Position numbers and translations under genes: made by a program. Below are positions 28,896-37,441 of a stretch of 57,791 nt of DNA, piece after piece. The notes beneath the pieces are model-generated. The model saw only the letters and a program-made list of their open reading frames with translations. It was not told where the DNA came from and did no database searches. Within the stretch, counting starts at the first letter, position 1; each line of letters opens with the position of its first letter. The stretch covers positions 1 through 57,791 of the forward strand of contig JBEKSX010000008.1 in the NCBI GenBank assembly GCA_049516635.1, given 5' to 3'. Origin of the DNA: Ignavibacteria bacterium (lineage in GTDB: Bacteria > Bacteroidota > Ignavibacteria > Tepidaquicellales > OLB5).

Positions 28896-30164
28896 TTATT
28901 TCATCAGGACCATTTTTCTGGTCTCAATAAACTCACTGGTAATCAATTTATAATAATACACTCCGCTTGGATAATTAGATGCATCCCAATTTACTTGATA
29001 TGTTCCAGGATTCTGTTTTTCATTTACTAAAATTGTTACTTCTTTACCTAAAGCATCATAAACAGTTAATTGAACGTAACCAGAAATTGGTAATTGGTAA
29101 TTAATTTTTGTTGTTGGGTTGAACGGGTTTGGGTAGTTTTGGCTAAGATTAAATCGTTCAGGAATACTACTACTAATAGGTTTAATGCCTGTTACGTTTC
29201 CACCTGTCGTAGTTTTAAAAATAGTTCCATTATCACCTACAGCCCAGCCTGTCATTTGATTGGAAAAGAAGATTGAACGCAGAATTAACCCCGATCCATT
29301 GAACTGGCTAAACCAATTAATTCCTCCGTTTGTTGTATTCATTATTGTTTCATTATCACCAACTATCCAACCGATGTTTTGATTTACAAAGTATATTGAC
29401 GATAGACAATTACTAGTCATGTTGAATTGACTAAACCAATTTGTTCCTGAATTCGTTGTTTTCATTATTGTATAACAACTAACTACCCATCCCTTATATT
29501 GATTTATGAAATAGGCAGAGACAAAATAAGGATAGTTTACACCAGATTGAATAAACCAATCTGTACCTCCATTGGTTGTTTTTTTGATAATCCCACCATT
29601 ATCGTCTCCGCCAACCACCCACCCCGTGTTTTGATCTGTAAAAGAAACATAATATAAAACCACATGATAGGCCCAATTGGATTGTAAAAACCAACTGGAT
29701 CCACCATTTGTTGTCTTAAATATGATTTCACCTCCATTATAAGTATAACCACCTACAACCCATCCAGTATTTTGATCTAGGAAGTAAACTGAAGTCAGAC
29801 AGTAATTATTAGAAGAAAATTGACTAAACCATTTTATTCCCCCGTTTGTTGTCTTAATTATTAAATCATTAGCTACTGCCCACCCTGTATTTTGATCTAT
29901 GAAATAAACTGAAAAGAAAGCATAATTTGTGGCTCTGTACTGCTTAAACCAATTAGCTCCTCCATTTGTTGTCTTAATAATTACTCTTTCATTAGAAGAG
30001 CCACCCCCTCCAACTATCCAACCAGTATTTTGATTTATGAAATATACAGAATATAGAGTTGCATCAGTGCCGCTAGCCTGCGTAAACCAGCCTGACTGAG
30101 ATTGTAAGTTAGAATACGAAAAGAGGATAATTAGAAATGATATTGCAATGATTATTTTTTTCAT
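28896..30164 (-). CDS. Ycf48/BNR-like beta-propeller protein with T9SS C-terminal sorting domain
   Basis: 422-aa ORF with signal peptide. TTNGGxxWF repeats. NYPNPFNPTTKINYQLP...GVYYYKL...RKMVLMK. Confidence 0.8.
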   Translation of the reverse strand: MKKIIIAISFLIILFSYSNLQSQSGWFTQASGTDATLYSVYFINQNTGWIVGGGGSSNERVIIKTTNGGANWFKQYRATNYAFFSVYFIDQNTGWAVANDLIIKTTNGGIKWFSQFSSNNYCLTSVYFLDQNTGWVVGGYTYNGGEIIFKTTNGGSSWFLQSNWAYHVVLYYVSFTDQNTGWVVGGDDNGGIIKKTTNGGTDWFIQSGVNYPYFVSAYFINQYKGWVVSCYTIMKTTNSGTNWFSQFNMTSNCLSSIYFVNQNIGWIVGDNETIMNTTNGGINWFSQFNGSGLILRSIFFSNQMTGWAVGDNGTIFKTTTGGNVTGIKPISSSIPERFNLSQNYPNPFNPTTKINYQLPISGYVQLTVYDALGKEVTILVNEKQNPGTYQVNWDASNYPSGVYYYKLITSEFIETRKMVLMK

Positions 30165-30620
30165 TGTTGTTAATAAGATTAATTTATTCGTAATATTTAT
30201 TCAATACGAATATACATTCCCTTAATTTGGAAAGCCAAAGACATTTTATTCGATTTGTGTTGAAGTTTGTAAACTCGAATGGGGACATTTAAGTATTGAT
30301 ACTTCATGATTTATTGTGATAAGATTAAAATTTAAATGCTTTTTTATGACTTATATCATATAGGATGAAGACTTAAATAGGGCTTTGTGGCTTTCTGACC
30401 TTGTTTCCCTCCCTTCTTTATAGAATATTTATTTTTCCACATAAATTATAATCAATCTTTAATACTCATTTACTTTTCTGGAATAATATCCCTGTAACTC
30501 AAACCTTCCAATAAATTTACCAAGAAAGGAGTTTTCTAATGTTAACTACAATTAAAGAATTCGTAATAAGAATTCTTAAGTATATTTACAAACTCATACT
30601 TGAGGACATTTTTAATAGGA

Positions 30621-30744
30621 GATGGTGATGGATTCTCAACTCATTTCGTTGTTCTATGTAAAGAAAACGAACTGTTATGCGAACTCTCTTTTAACCACAC
30701 TGACCTGAAGTGGGAATTGGTGCAGTATGATACTGTGAGTTGAT
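30621..30744 (+). pseudogene. truncated copy (last ~40 codons) of the lexA-divergent small gene
   Basis: Encodes DGDGFSTHFVVLCKENELLCELSFNHTDLKWELVQYDTVS*, aligning with 28612..28736. No in-frame start. Similarity continues ~50 nt past the stop. Confidence 0.7.
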
Positions 30745-30989
30745 TTGATTAAGCAGAAGTTTATGGTCATTAAATAAGACTTGTACTCATTCAGCAGAGG
30801 ATCGGAGGTTCTAATTTTCCTGCCTTAAATTATTGATGATTTACGTGATAATATTTTGAACGCGCTTGAAATTGTAATAATATAAGTTTTAAAAATACAG
30901 TAAATTTGAATAAGGGATTTATCTAATTGTCTAATTTCGGGAAATTCCTCTTTTAAGCTCTTATTTTATTAACATATAACTGGGTTTAA

Positions 30990-32276
30990 ATGAATGATAT
31001 AAGAAATGAACAACAACAAAAATTTTCTTATAAACTTCTTCGATTTTGGAAAATACTTGGACCTGGACTCGTTACAGGCGCAAGCGATGATGACCCTTCG
31101 GGTATAGCAACCTACTCACAGGCAGGTGCAGCGTACGGACTCTCAACTCTCTGGACTGCACTTATTACATTTCCGCTCATGGCTTCAATTCAGGAAATGT
31201 GTGCTAGAATTGGCTTGGTCACTTCACATGGTTTGGCAGGAACGCTTAAATCTCATTATTCAAAACCTGTTTTATACTTAATGTTGTTGTTCAGTTTTCC
31301 TGCCATTGTAATGAATATTGGCGCTGACATTGCAGGGATGGGAGCAGTAGGTAATTTATTATTCCCTTCAATTCATGCAACTTATTTCTGCATCTTTTTC
31401 ACTTTCATACTTTTAGTATTAATTATTTATTTACCTTATCTGAAAATTGCTGCAACTCTAAAATACCTCTGCATCGCTCTTTTAGTTTATCTAGTTGTTC
31501 CATTTTTATACAAACAAGATTGGGTATCGGTTTTGAAATCCACTTTTATCCCTACAATCAAGTTTGACATAAACTTTATCATCATTCTTGTTGCCATCCT
31601 TGGAACTACGATTTCACCCTATCTTTTCTTCTGGCAGGCAACTATGGAAGTAGAAGATAGAAAGCAAAAGATAAATCATTTAGTTGTGAACAAAAGAGTA
31701 ATTCACGAAATGAATCAAGATGTCGATTTTGGAATGTTATTTTCAAATCTTGTAATGTTCTTTATCATCCTTACCACAGGGACGGTTTTATTTAATGGCG
31801 ATATTCATAAGATTGACACCGTTGAACAAGCAGCTCAGGCTTTGAAGCCATTAGCCGGAAATTCAGCATATTTACTTTTTACTGTTGGTGTAATTGGCAC
31901 CGGACTTTTAGCCATTCCCGTATTGAGTGGTTCTCTTTCTTACATCATTACCGAAACATTTGGTTGGAAAGAAGGATTAAATAAAAAATTTACCAAAGCA
32001 AAAGCATTTTATATTATTATTACCATTTCACTAATCCTGGGGTTATCATTGGATTACATTGGCATTTCGCCCATTAAAGCGCTGATTTATTCGGCTATTC
32101 TTTATGGAATGACTGCACCGGTTTTAATTGCAATCATTCTACACATTTCCAACAACAAAAAAATAATGGGCAAATTTACAAACGGAAAGACTTCTAACAT
32201 TCTTGGATTTACGGCATTAATTCTTATGACCGTTGCTGCTGTGATTTTAGTTTACATGCTACTAACGGGAACATAG
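30990..32276 (+). CDS. mntH: NRAMP-family divalent metal cation transporter
   Basis: 428 aa, about 11 hydrophobic helices. N-terminal GPGLVTGASDDDPSGIATYSQAGA motif typical of the family. Confidence 0.8.
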   Translation: MNDIRNEQQQKFSYKLLRFWKILGPGLVTGASDDDPSGIATYSQAGAAYGLSTLWTALITFPLMASIQEMCARIGLVTSHGLAGTLKSHYSKPVLYLMLLFSFPAIVMNIGADIAGMGAVGNLLFPSIHATYFCIFFTFILLVLIIYLPYLKIAATLKYLCIALLVYLVVPFLYKQDWVSVLKSTFIPTIKFDINFIIILVAILGTTISPYLFFWQATMEVEDRKQKINHLVVNKRVIHEMNQDVDFGMLFSNLVMFFIILTTGTVLFNGDIHKIDTVEQAAQALKPLAGNSAYLLFTVGVIGTGLLAIPVLSGSLSYIITETFGWKEGLNKKFTKAKAFYIIITISLILGLSLDYIGISPIKALIYSAILYGMTAPVLIAIILHISNNKKIMGKFTNGKTSNILGFTALILMTVAAVILVYMLLTGT

Positions 32277-32550
32277 AACTGCACATGACATGGATTTGAA
32301 GCTATCGAGGCTGATGTGGTTATTCGATTTTACGAGTTCTGTATTTTATTTTCGTTTCGTGTGACAGTGACGTATATAAATATAATAAAAATTGAAGAAA
32401 AAACCTTTCTTCTAATATTATTATTCCATTTGGGTATAAAGCTACAGTCTTAAGGTCTTCAAATGCTGGAATAAACTGCATAGAAATTGGTTTGCTCTCC
32501 GACAAGAATATATCTTCTGTTGTTTTTCATGATCAAAATACAGGATATTA

Positions 32551-32577
32551 AAGGGAGATTCATTGCTCCCTTTTTTT
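32551..32577 (+). terminator. rho-independent terminator-like hairpin
   Basis: AAGGGAG-loop-CTCCCTT followed by a T-run. Confidence 0.45.
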
Positions 32578-32610
32578 GCTTATATTTAGTAAATAACAAT
32601 TGGAAGTATT

Positions 32611-33240
32611 ATGAAAACCTCCGTACTTCTCTTCGGTTGCATGTGTTTCCTCACTATTCATAACAGCTATTCACAATCGGGCTGGTTCCAACAAAACAGC
32701 GGGTATCCGGATATTAATTTCCAATCTGCATATTTTGTAAATGCAGCAACCGGCTGGGCTATAGGTGGTAACGGTACGATACTCAGTACATCTAACGGAG
32801 GTGCAAACTGGACAGCACAGACAAGTGGGACTGCTTTTTGGCTCTTTTCCGTAAACTTTCCTAACACGACCAACGGCTGGGCTGTAGGTATCTTTGGAAC
32901 AATACTTAAAACAACTAACGGAGGTATTACGTTCATTAAACCTATCAGTACTGAGCTCCCGGATAAGATTCAGCTTTTTCAAAACTACCCCAACCCATTT
33001 AATCCGGTTACAAAAATAAAATTTGATATTACATCAGACATGAAATATCAAACGGCAAACGTGAAAATAATTATCTACGATGTCCTTGGGAAAGAAGTCT
33101 CTATCCTTGTTAACGAACAGCTAAAACCCGGAACGTATGAAACATCTATCGATGGTTCAAAACTTTCAAGCGGAGTTTATTTTTATAAATTGATAACGAA
33201 AGAATTTAGCGAAACGAGAAGGATGTTGTTAGTTAAATAA
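32611..33240 (+). CDS. short BNR-like repeat protein with T9SS C-terminal sorting domain
   Basis: 209 aa with signal peptide. STSNGGANW and TTNGG repeats. NYPNPFNPVTKIKFDI...GVYFYKL...RRMLLVK. Confidence 0.75.
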   Translation: MKTSVLLFGCMCFLTIHNSYSQSGWFQQNSGYPDINFQSAYFVNAATGWAIGGNGTILSTSNGGANWTAQTSGTAFWLFSVNFPNTTNGWAVGIFGTILKTTNGGITFIKPISTELPDKIQLFQNYPNPFNPVTKIKFDITSDMKYQTANVKIIIYDVLGKEVSILVNEQLKPGTYETSIDGSKLSSGVYFYKLITKEFSETRRMLLVK

Positions 33241-33397
33241 TTGTCATCTCTCCTTCCCAAGCTCTGTCATAGATCCCGTATGAACGAAGTGAATCGGGAC
33301 TTGGAAAGGAAGATGTTTAAAGGAATATTTTCAAACTAGTTACCTGCAAAACCAGTTAAAGAGAATTTTAAAACAACAAAATTAAATATAAAACACA

Positions 33398-35365
33398 ATG
33401 GAAAGAAAATTTTTAGTAACAGTTGTTCTCACCTTCGTGCTCTTGATGCTGCATATAAGCGAACTTAATTCCCAATGGATCCAGACCAACGGACCAAACG
33501 GCGGCAGAGTATTTTGTTTAGCCGCAAACGGCACGAATATCTTTGCCGGGACTTGGGCAGGTTTATTTTTTTCCTCAAATAACGGAGCAAACTGGACAGC
33601 GGCCAATAACGGTTTGACTACTACTAATGTTCGTTCTCTTATGTTTTCTGGCACGAATGTCTTCGCCGGTACTCATGGCGGCGGCGTTTTTCTTTCCACT
33701 AATAACGGAACAAGCTGGACGGCGGTCAATAACGGCATAGCGAGTCCTTTTGTTTATTCTTTGGCAGTTTCGGGCACAAATCTTATCGCCGGGACTTTGG
33801 GCAACGGCGGCGGCATCTTTCTTTCTACCAACAACGGCACAAGCTGGACGCTGGTCAATAACGGATTGACCAATATTAGTGTTTATGCTCTTGCTGTCTC
33901 CGGTACAAATATCTTCGCTGCGACTTTGGGCGGAGTTTTTCTATCCACCAATAACGGAACAAGCTGGACGGCAGTTAATTCCGGCTTGATAACTAATTCT
34001 ATTTATAACCTTGCAGTCTTGGGCACGAATATCTTCGCCGGGACTCATGGCGACGGAGTCTATTTATCCACCAACAACGGCTCAAACTGGACGGCAGTTA
34101 ACTCCGGCTTGACCAATGCTGTTGTTTATGCCCTTGCAGTTTCGGGCACAAATCTCTTTGCGGGGTCTTGGGGCAGCGGCGTATTTCTTTCCACCAACAA
34201 CGGCTCAAACTGGACGGAGGTCAGTTCCGGCTTGACTAGCAATAAAATTCAGACTCTTGCAGTCTCGGGTACAAATGTGTTCACCGGGACTGATGGCGAC
34301 GGCGTCTATCTTTCCACCAACAACGGCACAAACTGGACCGGGGTTAATTCCGGCTTAGCAAATACTGATGTTTATGCCCTCGCGGTCTTAGGCACTAATC
34401 TCTTCGCAGGGACTTTTGGAGGCGGAGTTTTTCTTTCAACAAATAATACAAGCTGGACGGCAGTTAATTCGGGTTTGCCGATTACGAATATTGTTGGTTA
34501 TGCTCTTACAGTCTCGGGCACGAATCTCTTCGCAGGAATTGATGGCAGCGGGATCTTTCGTTCCACCAATAACGGTACAAGCTGGGATTCGGTCAATACC
34601 GGATTGACAAACAAATATATCCGAACTCTTGCGGTTTCGGGCGCGAATATCTTCGCAGGGACTTTTGGCGGCGGAGTTTTTCTTTCAACGAATAACGGCA
34701 CAAGCTGGGCTGCAGTCAATTCCGGCTTGACGAATACTATTGTTTATGCCCTTGCAGTTTCGGGCGCGAATATCTTTGCCGGTACTTCCAGCAGCGGTGT
34801 TTTTCTTACCACCAACAACGGTACAAACTGGACGGAGGTCAATAACGGCTTGACGAACACTAATGTTCTTGCTCTTGCTGTCACAGGCGCGAATCTCTTT
34901 GCGGGGACCAGGCTCGGTGTCTTTGTTTCCGCCAATAACGGCACAAGCTGGAGTGAGGTCAGTTCCGGTTTGACCAATACCTATGTTATTTCCCTTGCAG
35001 TTTCAGGCACAAATCTCTTCGCCGGTACCTGGGGCAGCGGCGTCTGGAGACGACCGCTCTCTGAATTGGTTTCTGTGCGGATAATTTCGAGCGATTTGCC
35101 AACAGAGTTTGGCTTGAGGCAGAACTATCCCAATCCGTTTAACCCGGCAACAAAAATAAGATTCACCTTGCCAAAGCGTTCATTTGCAAAACTTGTCATT
35201 TATGATGCACTCGGAAGAGAACTGGAAACAATAGTTAACGAACAATTAAACGCGGGAACTTACGAGGTCGATTGGTCCGGAGATAAGTTTTCGAGCGGCG
35301 TTTATTATTGTAAATTGTCCTCCGCGGATTTTGTTGTAACGAAGAAAATGGTGCTTCTAAAATAA
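33398..35365 (+). CDS. highly repetitive beta-propeller-type protein with T9SS C-terminal sorting domain
   Basis: 655 aa with signal peptide. About 14 tandem ~41-aa units (VFLSTNNGTSWTAVNSGLTN..VYALAVSGTNLFAGT). NYPNPFNPATKIRFTLP...GVYYCKL...KKMVLLK. Confidence 0.8.
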   Translation: MERKFLVTVVLTFVLLMLHISELNSQWIQTNGPNGGRVFCLAANGTNIFAGTWAGLFFSSNNGANWTAANNGLTTTNVRSLMFSGTNVFAGTHGGGVFLSTNNGTSWTAVNNGIASPFVYSLAVSGTNLIAGTLGNGGGIFLSTNNGTSWTLVNNGLTNISVYALAVSGTNIFAATLGGVFLSTNNGTSWTAVNSGLITNSIYNLAVLGTNIFAGTHGDGVYLSTNNGSNWTAVNSGLTNAVVYALAVSGTNLFAGSWGSGVFLSTNNGSNWTEVSSGLTSNKIQTLAVSGTNVFTGTDGDGVYLSTNNGTNWTGVNSGLANTDVYALAVLGTNLFAGTFGGGVFLSTNNTSWTAVNSGLPITNIVGYALTVSGTNLFAGIDGSGIFRSTNNGTSWDSVNTGLTNKYIRTLAVSGANIFAGTFGGGVFLSTNNGTSWAAVNSGLTNTIVYALAVSGANIFAGTSSSGVFLTTNNGTNWTEVNNGLTNTNVLALAVTGANLFAGTRLGVFVSANNGTSWSEVSSGLTNTYVISLAVSGTNLFAGTWGSGVWRRPLSELVSVRIISSDLPTEFGLRQNYPNPFNPATKIRFTLPKRSFAKLVIYDALGRELETIVNEQLNAGTYEVDWSGDKFSSGVYYCKLSSADFVVTKKMVLLK

Positions 35366-36106
35366 CTTGTGTTCATGATTTGCGTTTTACAGCTGCCAAT
35401 CTGCTAAGATTACAGAAAAGGTAGGAATCTCATTGATTTCTGCCTTTTCTACTCAACTATTGAGAACCTTGTGTCGAAATGTCAAGACGACCTTCTGCTC
35501 ATGAAGCGTGTGGAAAGTTTCAAATAAAGCTGATTATCTAGTTTTTGGAAAAGATTAGTTACTTTGTAGTGACTTTTCACTGATTGGCTAGTTATATACT
35601 TTTTGCTTTCTTATATCTGCCTCAATTTCCTTTTTCAGGATGATGAAAAACCACAAAAACGAAAAAACGCTTCCAAACCTTCTTCAAATTTTCCATTTTT
35701 AGCCCATTTTTCGATACCATCGCTGACACTTTTGCTGACAGAATTTAGAAGGACTATAATCTTATAAGGTAATAAACTCAGGTTCAGCAGGATCATTATC
35801 CTCAACATAATCTGCATCATCTTTATCTTCAGAAATATAATTCAATTCGAATATCCATCTTTTATTTTGTCATCTATTATCAGCCATAGAGGTTCGTCAT
35901 CTTTGGCAAGCGCTCTTACTAATACATAAACTGTTTGCCTTTTCTCTGTATTTTCCGATTATTCTAAGCTTGCTCGGTTTTTTTTGATACTTCAGTGATA
36001 ACTCAACAAGAGTTCGTCATATCAAAAATGACAGAGGCTATTTCGTTTCTAGGTTATACTTTTATTAGTTTTCATGAAATGAATTATTAAAAAGTGTGTA
36101 GAAAGC

Positions 36107-37330
36107 TCATTTTTTATTGTTCTTTGGCGGAGGATTTTGTTTTTGAGGCGGGGATGTTTTAGGAGGAGGAGATATTTTAAGAGGAGCGGATGTTTTAGGA
36201 GGTGGTGATGTTTTGGGCGTGGAATTCCCTGTCTTGGTGGTACTTCCCGTCTGGTTAGACCTGTTGGTTTGATTCGTATTTCCTTTTTGCGTGGAAGTAG
36301 TAGTATTATATGTTTTAGTGCTGTTGTATGATTTTGAAGTACTATATGTTTTCTTGTTCACGCTGGTTTTGGGGCTTGTCACATTTGTATTATTCCCGTT
36401 CTCTTTTTTTATGTTGGTTCCGTTATTGTTAGGATTGGTATTATTGTTATCGTTTTTGTTAACAGTGACATTTTTATTGTTGTTGGGATTCTCTTTTACG
36501 TTTGTAACTTTTGAAGTGCCTGTAAATTCCTTAACAGGTTTTTGAATTATCGTTGTACCTTTGGCATTTTCAATTTCTTTTAGGTCAGGTCCTGAATTAA
36601 TGATCTTCTTGCCCTGTACATTGAGACCTGTGAGTTCAGTTGAGCTTTCAATAAATCCTTTGTTCTTATCGATGCTTATAACGGTTCCTTTATCTATAGG
36701 GTCTGTAAATTTCTTTTTATCTACAAAGACCCAGTTATTATTATTTACATGCTGTGAGTTAACAATACTGCCGCGGGGGTCAAAATGCTCACGCGGTGAA
36801 AGCGGGCGCCAGCCCACATATCCTCCGGAATGACGCCATGAAACCCATGCAGGTGCCCACCTGTGACCGGGTGACCAGACCCATCCGTAAGCCCTTGAAT
36901 GCCACCACCTGCCGTAATGGTAGGGATACCATCCCCACGTATAATTCGATACCCACATCCATCCCCAATCGGTCCATACCCATCTGCCGTTGCAATACGG
37001 ATTCCATCCTTCGTAAACATAATAAGGACTCGGTACCCAGATGTATTGTGTATAAATATCATTATCTACATCTCCCTGTTCATCTACATAAGTATTATCA
37101 TCCACTGTTGATTCATCAGGGTCAATTTCATCCGGTGTTATCGTTACCCATTGACCGTCCTGTGAAAGAGAATCCTGAAAATCATCAAGCGATACAGGAA
37201 TATAACCGGGGTTATCATCCTGGGTTTCATCCTGAGTTTGGGAGGAGATCGTACCGCTGCACCCTGTGAATATCAAGAAGATAATCACGGATAAGATAGA
37301 AACTAATAAATATTTCAAATTCAATTTCAA
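36107..37330 (-). CDS. Trp-rich (DUF6600-like) lipoprotein with Asn/Thr- and Pro/Lys-rich tail; paralogue of 5935..6960
   Basis: 407 aa. Lipobox IFTGCSG. Core is WNPYCNGRWVWTDWGWMWVSNYTWGWYPYHYGRWWHSRAYGWVWSPGHRW. C-terminal KTSPPPKTSAPLKISPPPKTSPPQK. Confidence 0.75.
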   Translation of the reverse strand: MKLNLKYLLVSILSVIIFLIFTGCSGTISSQTQDETQDDNPGYIPVSLDDFQDSLSQDGQWVTITPDEIDPDESTVDDNTYVDEQGDVDNDIYTQYIWVPSPYYVYEGWNPYCNGRWVWTDWGWMWVSNYTWGWYPYHYGRWWHSRAYGWVWSPGHRWAPAWVSWRHSGGYVGWRPLSPREHFDPRGSIVNSQHVNNNNWVFVDKKKFTDPIDKGTVISIDKNKGFIESSTELTGLNVQGKKIINSGPDLKEIENAKGTTIIQKPVKEFTGTSKVTNVKENPNNNKNVTVNKNDNNNTNPNNNGTNIKKENGNNTNVTSPKTSVNKKTYSTSKSYNSTKTYNTTTSTQKGNTNQTNRSNQTGSTTKTGNSTPKTSPPPKTSAPLKISPPPKTSPPQKQNPPPKNNKK

Positions 37331-37441
37331 TTCTCCCGTAAGCTAATGCTTTTTACATTGAGTAAAATAATATATTGTTTGTGTACATGAATGAATCGGC
37401 TGTAAAAATATGTTACCAATACAGCACATTACACATTATTA

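Noticed and set aside
30745-30989. The region upstream of the NRAMP transporter, checked for a manganese (yybP-ykoY-type) riboswitch.
   Set aside because: I could not find the conserved motifs of that riboswitch by eye. The first ~55 nt belong to the repeated small-gene 3' flank.
32320-32505. A 61-aa minus-strand ORF in the spacer after the NRAMP gene.
   Set aside because: It has no start context, motif or partner. The region ends in a plus-strand terminator-like hairpin, which suggests it is 3' UTR or spacer.
35635-35820. A 61-aa ORF in the decayed 35.4-36.1 kb region.
   Set aside because: The N-terminal half is hydrophobic low-complexity read-through of an AT-rich stretch. Neighbouring frames carry fragments of what looks like the same broken gene, so it is treated as pseudogene debris, not a CDS.
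36745-37269. Several long ORFs (157, 105, 72 and 70 aa) antisense to or overlapping the Trp-rich gene. The same pattern occurs at 6116..6517.
   Set aside because: These are shadow frames produced by GC-rich W/G/R/H codons. The proteins are low-complexity P/G/R-rich with no start context, and the sense frame has signal peptides and a conserved paralogue.
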